Source of the DNA: Cirrosporium novae-zelandiae
Taxonomy: Eukaryota
Assembly: GCA_026023565.1 (NCBI GenBank)
Contig: JAPETS010000053.1
Coordinates: forward strand, 1 to 64,000
Length of the DNA stretch: 64,000 nucleotides
Reading direction: 5' to 3'
Part shown: positions 1-13,099 of the stretch, one piece after another
How positions within the stretch are numbered: the first letter of the stretch is position 1
Layout of the letters: the number at the start of each line of letters is the position of its first letter
The notes under the pieces: generated by a model
The model's input: the letters and a program-made list of their open reading frames with translations, nothing else
Database searches by the model: none
What the model was told of the DNA's origin: nothing
Position numbers and translations under genes: made by a program

Positions 1-122
1 AACCCTAACCCTAACCCTAACCCTAACCCTAACCCTAACCCTAACCCTAACCCTAACCCTAACCCTAACCCTAACCCTAACCCTAACCCTAACCCTAACC
101 CTAACCCTAACCCTAACCCTAA
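1..122. repeat. Telomeric repeat (CCCTAA)n / (TTAGGG)n, about 20 copies; left chromosome end
   Basis: Perfect AACCCT x20 from base 1, with the C-rich strand at the 5' end as expected for a left telomere. Confidence 0.99.
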
Positions 123-850
123 ATATTTTTATTATTTAGTGTTTTGTATTTGAGCGGCGGTTTTGTTCTCGTCTATTAAATATATTTTGGATCGATTTCA
201 GCGATGTTTTGGAGGTGGTCGGGTGTTAGAGCTGTTTTGAATATTTATATTTATTAAATTATTAAAGTAGTAACGATAATAGAATTAATAATAATAGTTT
301 ATAATAATAGATAATAAAATAGATATAATATAATTATAATATATAATAAATAAAAAAAAAGAATCAGGATAATAAATATATATAGCAGGAATTATTCAAT
401 ATAACGATCGTTAAAGGATTATTTATATATATTTATTTATATATTTAATATTTAAGAAATATATAAAATAAAATTGAATTTATATTTAAAATTGAAATAT
501 TTTTTAAATTTGTTTTTATATCTGAGGTTAAAGAAAATTTTTTTTTATAAAAATTATAAAAAAATTATTAATTCCGTAATAAATAACGCGCTGTCTATCG
601 AAATTCGTAATTAATTAAATTAATTATTAATATTTTTCATAAATCTATAATAGATAAAACGTTATCTATCGAAATTCGTGATTGATTAAATAGTTATTTA
701 GTATTTCCGATAATTTTAATACCGTATATATTTTTTGATTGTGCCACGGCTATTAATCCCCCAATATTCTAAATAATATTATTCGAATCCTCTCATCGAA
801 ACGAATCTAACCGTGTTATTTATATTAAAAAATATTTATTTTTAAATTTT
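123..850. repeat. AT-rich subtelomeric block, probably RIP-degenerated repeat DNA
   Basis: Very AT-rich; TpA abundant, CpA/TpG visibly scarce, CpG retained; internal 71-bp-offset duplication (TCTATCGAAATTCGT at 594 and 665) whose following bases differ by G/A transitions. Confidence 0.7.
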
Positions 851-1334
851 GATGTTCTTGCGTTTTCTTCACTTTAAAATCTAGCCCTCGACCTTTTTTC
901 CCTATAGAATCTCTGAATCTCTGAATCTCTGAAATCGTATGACTTTTTCCAGTCCATAGAGGGGACGATCTCGAAACCAGACGGTTGAACCAACTTTTTG
1001 ACAGCAGTCAGTTGTGCATCATACATAGTAGGTGAGGCTAGATCCGGCTCAGAGTCTGCTATCCAGCTGAGCCTCTTGGTTTTTGCAGCGGGAGGCTATT
1101 TTCCATGAAAGCCTGGGTAGGTTGAATCTTTGTAGGCCAAACTAGGTCCTCACTTCTCTCGCTAAGCGGGATGTCATCCCCGCGCTCCAGTCTCACTATC
1201 TGGCAGAGCTTATCGCACCTTGCCTTGCGCCAAATGGTCAGGTAATCCTCACTCACAAAGTGTATTTTAACCTCTGTTTGGATTTTCCCATCCAGCAAGT
1301 CATACCCTACCACAGGGATGGGTTCTCTTCTATC

Positions 1335-2592
1335 ATGGGCTTCTTAGAGTCAAACCAAGAGGAAGCCTTAAAACGCCAGTTTCAATCACTCCGGCCTCAG
1401 CCATCATCTTCCAGACCTCTATTCGAAGCCAGTTCATCTCAACATACCAAGAATCAAGGCCTTGGTGCCTCGTTTTCTACTAATGATTCAGAAAGACGAG
1501 TTGTAATGAAAAGGCTTGTAGAAGGTCTTTCAGAAACGTCAAGGAGGAACCAGGCATACGTGGACTGAAACAGCTTGGGGGGCTTTCCAACATCAAGAAG
1601 GAGCTTAGGACCATAGCACTCTCTGCTCTCAAGTATAGCCACCTATTTCGGCATTCAGATAGTTTGGGCATGCCCAATAACTTTGGAGTCTTTTTGCATG
1701 GTCCGCAAGGGACTGGAAAGACGGTATTAGTTTCTGGATTCGCCAAAGAGTATGGCTTTCCCATGTTCGATGTCTCATGCGGAATGCTCGCTCATGGTCT
1801 ATTTGGCGATTCGGAAGCGTAAGTTGGCCATCGCCTTCCTTTGGAAAGCAGTCCCTAACCTGTTGCAGGTTTGTCCAGATGCTATTTCAGCTTGCGTCCA
1901 AAGGCTCTTCTTGCGTCATTTTCTTGGATGGGTGTGATGCTGTACTATCTCCCTCAAGAAATAATGACGGAAGCGTACGCCTCAGCATGCAAAACGAGAC
2001 GAAAAAGCAATGGTCGGACTTAATAACCAAGGGACGTCTGTGTTCGTCTTCGGAGCCACCAACTATCTTGGGCTGATCAAGTTCGACACGGGTTTCGGGA
2101 GGAGATTTGAAACTCAAGTTCACGTTGGTCTTCCTGGTGAAGCAGCTATGGTCCAGATCTTGGAACCTAGTCTCAAGATCATCTATCATACCGTCCAAGT
2201 TGGAGAGTATCTCGAATTGGCCGAAGCAGGCCTGGGGTTGACTGGCGCTGATATTTCGGTACTAATGATAAAGATGGTACGAAAAGAGATTTCAAACCTG
2301 GTAGCCGCAAAAACTTTTACCAAGGTATTCTTTTTGGTCCATTTATCTTGACCATACTAACACCATGCAGGAAAAATTTAATGGCAAAGATATTCTAGTT
2401 CCTTGCAGGCAGAATGTAAGTGAAAGTATCAAAAAAGACTCTCCGGGATATAATGACTCCATGGTTTGGTGTAAGCCATTCTCCAAAAGGGATATTCTTA
2501 CCACTCTACGTCACGCGAAGCGATCGGTGACAAGGCTAGAGAGAGAAACTCATGAAAAATGGTCAGATGCAAATAGTACCATGTCGGCGTAG
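1335..2592 (+). pseudogene. Divergent Vps4-like (meiotic clade) AAA+ ATPase, disrupted
   Basis: Walker A FLHGPQGTGKT (~1690-1723), degenerate Walker B VIFLDGCD, SRH-like VFVFGATN...GFGRRFE, helical lid GLTGADIS, C-terminus resembling the Vps4 beta-domain/Vps4_C (ILVPC...KRDILTTLRHAKRSV...EKWS). Introns 1819-1868 and ~2325-2370. In-frame TGA at 1566 and frameshifts near 1580 and 2030. Start uncertain. Confidence 0.7.
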
Positions 2593-4898
2593 GTGGTTTA
2601 GATAGAGCTTTAGTATTACTTGTGATAAAGAGCTAGCGCAATGTCACTACCCGAATGACAATCCTGTTGAGATTGCTATGTAAAATGCCATTTATTCGAG
2701 TAGGTGCCGACAAAGGTGTTGGTAGAAGCCTACATTTTGAATATAGAGCAGGTAATATCGGCAAGGAGTGGGTTCGGTAGACCAGACCTTTATTTCATCA
2801 GGTCTATTAGGTCTATGGATACGAATTTTAGGTGAAAGGATTTTTGTGGTGTTGAGGCTGAGGTGGTTTGTTGTGGAGAGAAGTCTCGCGATATTGAATT
2901 TCTGTGATTTTAAGTTTCGTCTAGAATCAACATGGCATAATCCACCTAACCTTGCCGCTCTTCACCCCTGAATATTTGTAGCCTTACGACCCCAACGCCT
3001 TCACATAGTACTAGGAACCGAGGCTTACACTGAGGCTCACAAAGAAAGGAGAGGTGGAGAAAACTAAAAATGAAAAAAATCCTTTTATATGCAATTTGTT
3101 ACCCACTTGTTCTGCGGCAGACAGCGAGACCATGTGTAGTCCAAGGTCGATTTGAGGTTGTTGTAGATGATATCAATGATACCTGGTTAGTGATAGATAT
3201 TTGTGATGAAGCAAAAGGTTCCGTGCCAGGTGTTATAACATAAACAACATAGCTTATAAAATCTTTGGTTTGTCAACCCAAATTCAACACGGTGCTCAGC
3301 CTCGGTCTCAGCTGTCTAATTATTACCATGCGCGCTTGTCATTAAACTCAAAACGTAATCAAGACATCCAGGAGACCCCGATTCGTAACAACAGAAAACG
3401 GGAACTTAAAGCAATATGACATAAGACTGCCAACAACGTCGAGATTTCGAGGGCCATCTCCTGTTGCAATTAGAGAGCCGTCGACCCGTCGAATAGTGTA
3501 CTTTGGTTATTGATATATCATTCGTTTTGATAATACTTTAGTCTAATCGGTATAATTCCATCAACTCGTGGTGGGAGCTTCGCCTTTCATCAAGGGTATC
3601 TCTTCTTGTGACCCGCAGGATGCAGAGAACATGGGCGCCTCTAGTATTTAAAGTATAGTAGGACGGCCAAGATAGTGATAACAGGATAATGGCAACAAGA
3701 TGACGACAACAGATGACAACTAAGAGCAGATACCACTTGGTTTGCATTCGTTGATGGCAAATTGGGTAAAAATACTCCAATTCACAAACTAGAGCTGTCA
3801 TTAAAATGCAATGGATGATGACAAGTGGATGAAAAATACCAAAGGCTGAAGACTGGTTTAGATCAACAATTCCATGTGTACAGAATTAGAACCAACTGTC
3901 AAAGCAAAAGCAAGATGAAGTTTTTACCAATTAAAAGACATGCTTGGCGAGGATTTTCATTGTGGGACGAAAGTGTTATTTAAACCTCGTATTATGCTCC
4001 AACGAAAATCCCTGTTTCATTTTCCAAATCTACCAATACAAGTACCTAGTTAAGTTTTTTGCATGATCAGATCTAAACCCTAGGGCGGAGGTTGGCTCGA
4101 GAATTCAAGGAATCAGGGATTGGATCGATGATTTGATCGATAATTGATCTGTGAGTTCCCCGAATAAGGGATGATGGGCAATGATGGGCAATGATGGGCA
4201 AGATGCTCGATCAAGAAATTATGATCAGATGGTCAAGTTGAAATAAAGCTTGGCATTGACCTTTAAGTGATGAACATGCATAGATTAATTGTTGAATCCA
4301 ATTGATTCTGTAAATTAATGAATATGAAGCAGCACGACTACATGGTAATGTCTAGTCATGTCAGCTTGTTTCGGCCCCTGGCTACTGGGCTTGTCGTTAG
4401 ACTCCCTTTGGCCCTGAAATGTTTAAAAGTAGTTTAAGCTCAAGCCTATGAGGTTCGGGCGGATTTTCCCCTGCATTGGGTGCATTTGGGTGCAGTAACC
4501 ACAAACTAACTCCGCGGATCCCTGAAAATCCCTCCACATCCCTGTCCAAAACATTCCAACTGGGCTTTGCTGCGTTTCTGGAGAAGGCAAGAAACCACCC
4601 TCTCCAACACTTCATTTTTTTTTCTCTTCTTCTCTTCTCTTCTCTCTTCTCTCTTCTCTCTTCTACTCTCTTTCAACCTCTCCGCTATCAACCCAGTCTC
4701 TATCTAAATGCATTTGTTATCTATCTCACTCTTTCGTTACCTCTGAGATTCTGGTAATCTCCAAGCAGTCCCCTCTCCAGCTGAACATTACCAATTACCA
4801 CACTCATTTCTATATTCTAGACTGCCTTACCATTGAATGTCGGTCAGGTTAAACTCTCTCACTTGAATCTTGAGTCTTGAATACCAGTACAAATACTC

Positions 4899-7869
4899 AT
4901 GTCTGGTAACTCCACACGTCACTTTTCACGAGAAGGCTTTCGTGAACTGCAAAACACAATGGGCAACCCAAATGATGCAACAATCGATATTCCTCTTCAC
5001 CACGTCAACAGTCGAGGTCAGACAGGGGCTCGGAAAGATGGAAGCGTGTCACCTTCTGCTGCCTATGGCGCTTTACCCTCGTTTCCCGACCAGCCTACTG
5101 AAAAGTCCATCAACAATGTCGATGAATCCCACTTTGCTGGCCTACGAAGAGTTCGAGGGCTCGATATAGCTCGCCAGGATACAGACGATAGTCTCGATGG
5201 CCAGGGTACGCTAACTCGGATGGGGAGAATCTACGACAAGATGATCCACTTTTCATTCATCACTCGATATCTCATCTTTGTGCTACCCCTAGCCGCCATA
5301 TTCGCCATTCCGATCATTGTTGGATGTACTGTGGCCCCGGATGCAAAGATTGGAACAGTTCGAATCATCTGGATATTCACCTGGGTTGAAGTCGTTTGGC
5401 TCAGTCTTTGGGTGTCGAAAAGCTTTTCAAAACTGATTCCCCACATCTTCGAATTTCTATGCGGAATTGTCAGCAGTGGTGTTCGGAAATACTCTCTGAT
5501 ATTGAAAGCTTTGGAGATTCCCTTGTCGCTGGTCGGCTGGGCTTTGGCATCGTTGATTACATTCAAGCCGGTGAGTTAATCCATGTAGCTAGGTAGTATT
5601 TTGATATTGAAACTAATTGAGTAGTTGATGCAACACAATCCCGACACTCGTGCAGCAAAAGCCAAGGCAGCGGCAAACAATGAGACTTGGAGCTGGCCGG
5701 AATGGGAGACTATTGTCACTCAGGTCCTGGCTGCTGCAGTCATTGCAGCTCTAATCTTCTTAGCCGAGCGATTTCTCATCCAGCTCATCTCGATCAGTTA
5801 CCACCGTAAACAATTCCATACCAGGATCAAAGGGTCGAAGCGCAATCTATATCTTCTCGGCCTTCTCTATGATGCCTCTATCAAGCTGTTCCCTGCTTAT
5901 TGCCGCGAGTTCATGGAGGAAGATTACATCATCAACGACGATATTGATATAGGGATCCTCAAAGCTCGGACTCGGCATAATCGAGCAAGCTCGGCTAATC
6001 CGTTACGTTTGATCCAGAACGTTGGAAGGGTTGGTGACAAGGTCACAGCTGCTTTCGGAAACGTGGCCAAGGAAATCACTGGAAAAAAAGTCTTTGATCC
6101 TACGTCGGCACATTCTGTCATCGTAGAGGCGCTAGAAAAGAATTCTTCAGCCGAGGCTCTTGCAAGACGTTTGTGGATGTCGTTTGTTTGCGAGAGCAAG
6201 GATGCTCTATACCTCGAAGATGTGGTTGAAGTTTTGGGTCTAGACCGTAAAGAGGAAGCCGAGGAAGCTTTTGCTGCAATTGACCGAGATGGTAACGGAG
6301 ATATCAGTCTTGATGAGATGATTATGACTGTCTGTGAAATTGCACGCACCCGACGCTCCATTTCAACGAGCATGCATGATGTGGATGCTGCTATTCATGT
6401 TCTCGACAACCTTCTCTGCACGGCAGTCTTCATTGTGGTCGTCTTCATTTTCGGTAGGTCGTTTTCAAAAGTGTACAAATACATCAGTCTAACATGAATT
6501 AGTCGCATTCTTGAACAAGAATTTTACTACGACTCTTGCCACGGCTGGTACTACACTGTTGTCGCTCTCCTTCGTTTTCTCGGCAACATGTCAAGAAGTT
6601 CTGGGGTCTTGCATCTTCCTCTTTGTCAAGCATCCCTATGATGTTGGAGATCGTGTGGATGTTAGTGACGTTCAATACACTGTTGACCACATCTCCCTGC
6701 TCTTCACAGTCTTCCGGCAAGTCAGCTCCCACAAGACCACTCAAATGCCCAACAACATTCTAAACGGCCTTTCAATCGACAATGTTTCGAGATCGGTGGC
6801 AATGCGGGAACAACTCACCATGTACATCAGCTTTGACACATCCCTCGAGGATATTCACCTCTTAAAGAACGAGTTGCTCAAGTTTGTCTTGGATAAAGAA
6901 AACAGCAGAGACTTTCTGCCAGAGGTGGAGGTTGAAGTCACTGGAATTTCTGAAATGAACAAGTTGGAGCTAAAGGTCGATATTTGTCACAAGTCCAACT
7001 GGGCCAACGAATCTGTCCGTGCTGCTCGTCGTTCAAAGTTCATGTGTGCTCTGGTTCTGGCTCTGAGAAGAATTCCAATAAATGCTCCTGGTGGCGGAAG
7101 TGCTTCGCTTGGTGATGCAGCTAACCCTAGCTACTCCGTCACAATATCCGATGATGAAGCTGCCAAGAATAAAGCAAAGTACGATGAAGACAAGGAAGGT
7201 AAACGCATGGTGCCATCCAAGAAGACAGATTCATCCTCGGATACAAGAGCCACTGGTTCTGATCCTCTTGGTCGTTCAAATTCTGGCCTCCGTAATCGAA
7301 GTACCGACTATAGCAATGTGCCGGCTTCAGAAAAGATGTACCTTGAAACGCTCAACGCTCGGGCCCCTGGATTAGATCTTGGTCGTGATGTCGTCCAAAA
7401 TTATAACGCACCGACATCTCGCTCTGATAGTAGCAGCACCCTAGGTGATGACCATGTACGCTCCCCGGTGGAAAACGATGAAAGATCTTCTCTTCTACAA
7501 CGGGCAAGTACCCAAGGTCGCCGCAAGGCTGGTGCCAGTCCTAATATGCCCACTGCCGCAATGTTCCCCGCCCCTCCAGTCCCTACAATCGCTGAGCCCA
7601 CACCACCGCCAATGACATCTCCTACAGCTCGACAGCCTGTGCCCTCCTTTCACGAATATACGCCCACGATAGCCAGTTCTATGACTATAGGCCTGGAGTC
7701 GGTAACTTCGCCTACAAGTCCCAATTACAACAACCCATATGCACAGCGTATTCAATATCAGCAGCAAATGCAGTCACCAACTCAAAATGAGAGGGACCTA
7801 ACATCTCAGCCTACGAGGGGCAATGAGAATGCGTTTGCACAGCAATCCCCCCAAGATGAAGAAAGGTAA
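4899..7869 (+). CDS. MscS-like mechanosensitive ion channel with EF-hand (Msy1/Msy2 type)
   Basis: 3 exons (introns 5571-5624, 6454-6502); TM helices, EF-hand DRDGNGDISLDE, MscS motif FLFVKHPYDVGDRV, HKSNW..E..RAARRSKFMCALV. Confidence 0.93.
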
Positions 7870-9058
7870 CAATTTAGAAAGGTAGGCAAAGTATCGGAAG
7901 AATACTTGGTCAACAAATAATGACAAAATCATGAGCCATGTGTCTCTTGTGTTATTAATTCTCGGACATGGTCAGCAATCATTATGAAAGGAAATATGGG
8001 CGGATATTCCGAATTTCAAACCCAAAAGCGTAAACTCTTCTGGCTTTTCAGTATACGAATTTTCTTGTATTTACAATTCTATGCGAGTCACCAGGAATGG
8101 ACGGGGCTTTTTGGGCTAGGAAAAGGAAGCGTGGAAGATAGGGAGGTACAATTTGATTAATGTCAAAGGACAGACAGATGGCTTTCAATTCAGGCTTCCT
8201 GGGATTTAATTGGTATTGGATATTTCTCCTGTAGAAGCCTAATTTTTGGACAGGCTTAGGAACGGAAAGGGATGGAAAGGAAAGGAAACAAAGGCACTTA
8301 GTAGTGAGGTGGTTCTATATCTTAAGAGAAACAAATGACTACTACTATTGTCCACTTCACAAGAAAGCCAGACTAAATATTTCTCGTTGACAGTTCATTT
8401 CATTCTCTTATTCCCTTTGGGCAAGATTTAATTTATACAACAAGAAACTAATTGTTTTTAAGAACAAACGCCAAAGAAACATGAGAAATGATAAGAAAAC
8501 ATATCGAGTTGGCTTTTTTTCTTTCCTCTTCTCTTTATAGTTACGGGTTTCGAAACTACCATAATGAAGATGAAAGCCTTGAATAAATCATCTTTACTTG
8601 CTTGCCCTAAGGTGTCCCCGACTCGTATTTGCCTAATATGGATCATAAAACTTCACCTCCTCCATATATATCCTCGCCTATCCTCTCAACTCTTGCAGCT
8701 AAACTAAACTAAACCGAGGTAACCTGGCCCCCCCTGGCGTGCATAAGTATCTTATCTTATCGTTTGTGCCTCCCTCCTTAAAAGTCGTTGCGCCGGCCGT
8801 GAAATAAATGTGATTTGTAGTGGTGACGAATAATGGATGTGGAATAGGTAGATTAGTGGATAAGTGGATAAGTGGATAAGTGGATAAGTGGAAGAATGGA
8901 AGAATAGGAGAATGGATGAATAATGAAAAAAAGTGAAATAGAAATAACAAGGGGAAATAGACAATAGTAATAAAGTTTGGATAGTATTTTTAATGAACCA
9001 TTATCGATTATTGTTCTCGTTCTTTGTTCATAAAGGGTAGGTATAAGATGCAAGGATT

Positions 9059-12000
9059 TTATTCAAAGTCATCAGATGAAATTCCTCGTGACAATTTATC
9101 CTCCATGAGTTTCAGCAAGATAGGTGGAGCAGATTCGTCCGTCGCGCGAATGGTGACGCGATACATCTGACCCAAGTTAGCTTCCATTCTCACTGCATAC
9201 CAAAAAATACTGGTTAAACATACCTGAGTCTCGTAATTAGGTTCACACCTCAGTAAACATCCAAGCTTCCCTCCGCCGCTGGTATGTAGCACGCTAGCCC
9301 CAACTATGTTCTTTGGATTCGGGTCCACACCATCCACCACACCCCATCTAAACCCAGTAATCGTATTCTTCGTAAACTCCATATTAATCTTCCTATGCTT
9401 GCTTGAACCATCAAGCCCAAAGACTTTTTGAGCTTCTCTAGGGGCTCCGCCTATCTGTCTCCATCGCTTGAAAAAGTCGTCATGTGAAAGTGCAGCAGGA
9501 TCCATGTATTTGTGTACTGCAACAGGGAGCTTGAGGGTATATGCTTGAAGGGCACCTGCTAGGTAGCTTATTCTGATGGTCGGGGATTCGATAAAGATGG
9601 CCTTTGCTTCAAAAGCGACAGTCATACCGACCTGTTGTTCTGGATAGATGGTAGGATCAGGTAGACTGGTGGTATCGATTTTGAGTTGGTCGTGATTAGG
9701 ATTATCCAAAGTGACTGTAAAGGAGCCGACAGAGAAGGCTGCTTTGTTGCGGAAATAGAGCTTCAGCATTCCGAGATGACCACGATATTCAGAACGTACG
9801 CCCACTTGAATTTGGGCATCTTCAAAGAGAATGCCAGAGGCAGTGGACAAAAGGGTATTGTACCCCGGTTCCCAATCGGGGGTGAGATGAGCGGCAGAGG
9901 CGAGATTGGGAGCTTTAGAGGAGCCATCTCCGTTCATGTCAAGGCCAGCAAGGTCGCTGTTTATACCGTCCATACCGGTGCTGTTTGATTTTACAGCACG
10001 TGGCCTTTCTCCGGCAAGCATGGTGAAAGTACGTTTGGGTCCTCCTCCTGTTGGTGAGGTTACGAGGCTGACTTCTTTAGGGTCGGCATTTGCGTCTTTA
10101 CCACCGACAACCCAGGTCCTCTTCTCACTGGTACCGGCATTCTTTTGATGCAGCCGTGAGAGCAAGGCCGAAGTCCGTTCGGAGAATGGAGGCATCTCGT
10201 CACATACGGTTCGGAGCAGATCGTCGGTAGGTTGGCTGGCCAAAGCCATGTACTCGCATGCTCTTTGCTGCAACTCCGAGTCCAATGAACGGCTATAGGT
10301 GTCAAATATCGATAGTAGTTGCGGTTTGATTTCTGGGAACAGATTGACCATCTTGATAAAAGAAGACAGGATCATGGCCCTAGTGCTTGTAGAGCAGCCT
10401 GGCATCTTCGAAGAAAGGGCCATATATTGTTCAATAGGACTGCAGGTTTTGGTTTCAGCTATGAGATGGCCAAACTCTCCAAGAATATATGCACCGATTC
10501 TGACTAGTGTCTCATGGCAATGGTCTGCCTTTACGTAATCCAGTATAGTCTGTGCAGCATACGTTTGGAGCTCTTCATTATTTGTGATGATTTGTATCAC
10601 CCTCTGCCAGACCTCGTCGCTAACATGGTCGCCTGCCATATAGATGAGCTTGAGCGATGTGTTGACATACCACTTGCTGTCCGTGGCATATTTCTCGGCC
10701 AATATAGCAATTTTCAAGACCATCTCCTCACGGATACCATAGTCTGCACTGCTCAAATATTTGAGTAGCTCATTGACAATTACCCGTGCATTCGAAGAGT
10801 CACACATGCTATATAAGAGGTCAAGTCCCTTGCGACGAACACTAATATCTCGATCTCTCAATGCACCTAAAATAATACTCTGATGTCGTTTGATAGGATC
10901 GAGGGTATCGGCACGAGCCGCAAAATGGGTCATGGCATCCAAACCAAGATATCGGATATTGGTCTCTCGAGATTGAATAAACTTTCCAAGACGAGATGAT
11001 ATCTGGACCATCAGGTTATGTTCCGTGTCCAGATGGATGACAAGGTTGATGGCTTCAAATAAAACGGCATTCTGAGCATTGTTTTGTTGAACGTTTTTAG
11101 GCATTTCCATGGCGGCATTGAGGATTTGCTGAACTGATTCCCGAATGAGGTTTCGGACAAAGGTATCCTCTAAAAGCTGGTCAGCAGTTGAAAAGTAAAC
11201 TAGATAAATATAAATTGGTCGTACCTGAAGGTGGATAATATTGCAATAACCTGAGAAATTTGACTTGTATCCAGGGACAAGGAACATTGTAGTATAGGTA
11301 ATCTGAAGAAATCTCATTGTCGACCACAATTCTCTTCAGGCGTTGTGCAGCCTTGATATAGCATCCTTTATATTGGTCGAGATCATCCTGTGAAAGTGCC
11401 ATGATGAGCGAAGTTACAGATAATACCACTCCCATATCCGGGTCATCCATGAGGGAGATGATACGTTCCGCCCATTCATTTTGTACAATTGCGGGGTGTT
11501 TGCGATAAAGTCGGAGAAGTGTTAGGGCAGCCTTCTTCTTGACAAAGGCTTTGGAGGTCCTGCTGCATATTAGTATCCATAACCGTTGAAGAAACTCGCA
11601 ATATAGCAACATACGGTGATATTAGCAGCCGATGAACATCTCCGCTCAATGCTTCTCCCATTTCTCGTCCACCAACATTGGCAATGGCATGTAATGCCAG
11701 ACAGTTGTTGAGTTCATTATGGTCCAGGAGGTCCTTCCGTATACTGTTGACAACGAGATGCAGCAACTCATGTTCTTCATGAAGGAACAGGGTCACTGCA
11801 AGATACCCTATTTGCTTTTCCGAGTACTTATGCGCCGAGACCAGGTTAACTGCTTCGAGGTGGCCAAAGTCAACGTTCCATCCCAGTATATATATATACA
11901 ACAGCTTGCAGACATATTTCTTCTTGTGATATCCACTCAAACTTCCATCTTTGAATTTCTGGCGTATGTTGGCTAACTCTTTGTTGATCCTCTTTTCCTC

Positions 12001-12066
12001 CAACTCGCGTGCTCTCGCATTTCGCAAATCGGCAATAAATTGGACAAGTCCACGCATGGAAGACAT
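9059..12066 (-). CDS. APL3: AP-2 adaptor complex alpha subunit (alpha-adaptin)
   Basis: MSSMRGLVQFIADLRNARARELEEKRINKELANIRQKFK N-terminus; adaptin trunk plus appendage; introns 11560-11614, 11170-11224, 9167-9223. Confidence 0.97.
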
Positions 12067-13099
12067 GTTGAAAGATGATGGAATGAGTAGCTGTATAGCC
12101 ACTCAAAGCGCCAGGATAGGAAAAGGCGTGAGGTTCCGTAAGGGGAATTCTGTTGATGAAGCTTTGGCCAACCGCGGTATCGTTTGATTAAAGCTTCAAA
12201 AAATTAACAAGATTTTTCTTGGGCAATAAAATAATTCAAAAGAGGCGGTTCAGCTTGTCTGAGCAAAGGCGAATATTTAGATTTCAAGGAGTGAGATGTT
12301 GGATGCTGTAAGATGTCGTCGATCGGTTTAGGAGATGGTGAATGATGCGGGTCTCGATGGCGAATGAGCTTGCCAGTGGAGGAGGATGGTCAGTCTCGAT
12401 GGTTGACGCATGGTAATGAGGGCTTCCAATTGTCTTCTCCAACGGTCTATGACCTTGAATATCTGGAGGGTCGATTCAAGTATTCAGGTGTTCTGGTATT
12501 ACAAGATTTATTCATCTCAAGTCCTCCATAGTTATGTTGTGGGTAACCGGTGTTTCGCAGATCAATTTGCAAGTCTAATCGGGCATCCCTGAAGAGCGGA
12601 GGTGTCGGGGTTTTGCTGGTCACTTTAGCACTTTACTGTGTAGGGAACAGCCAAGAGTATTGAATTTGTGCTTATTCCTTCATCTTAAGGGGGTTAGACT
12701 AATCTTACTCCCTATTGAGAATAAGATCTCTAGACTATTAATACAGTAATACCATAATCATAACTATCATAAACTTCACTGAATTAATATTTTTGTTCAG
12801 GGCAGTTGTGAAAGGAATATGCATAAGTTCCGATCACCGATACAGATACCGAGGTAGTTATCAGTGATGCAGAATGCCATGGCTCAGTATCTACCTAGGT
12901 ACCTTTCCCTATCCTATTCATTCCATATCTTGTTCCTATTGGTCCTTGTTCCTATTGTCATTGTCAAGTCATTCCGTACCATCCTTCAACATCAACGCCT
13001 AATTTTCAGAGAGTGACCGGCCCTGTTGCGCCAATTATGTATCATAATCCGAAACCCCAAGTCTTCTCATCAATCATTATGTACTCTTACACCGAGAAT

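Noticed and set aside
1566..1568. A-to-I editing rescue of the premature stop in the Vps4-like gene
   Set aside because: Fungal stop-correcting editing acts mainly on UAG; this is UGA, and two frameshifts would remain.
3070..3850. Minus-strand splice-like signals and ORF 3538-3801
   Set aside because: Could not assemble a stop-free spliced frame or recognise a family; at most a decayed gene.
8699..9053. Minus-strand ORFs with STYPLIHL repeats
   Set aside because: Translations of a (GTGGATAA)n repeat in the APL3 3' region.
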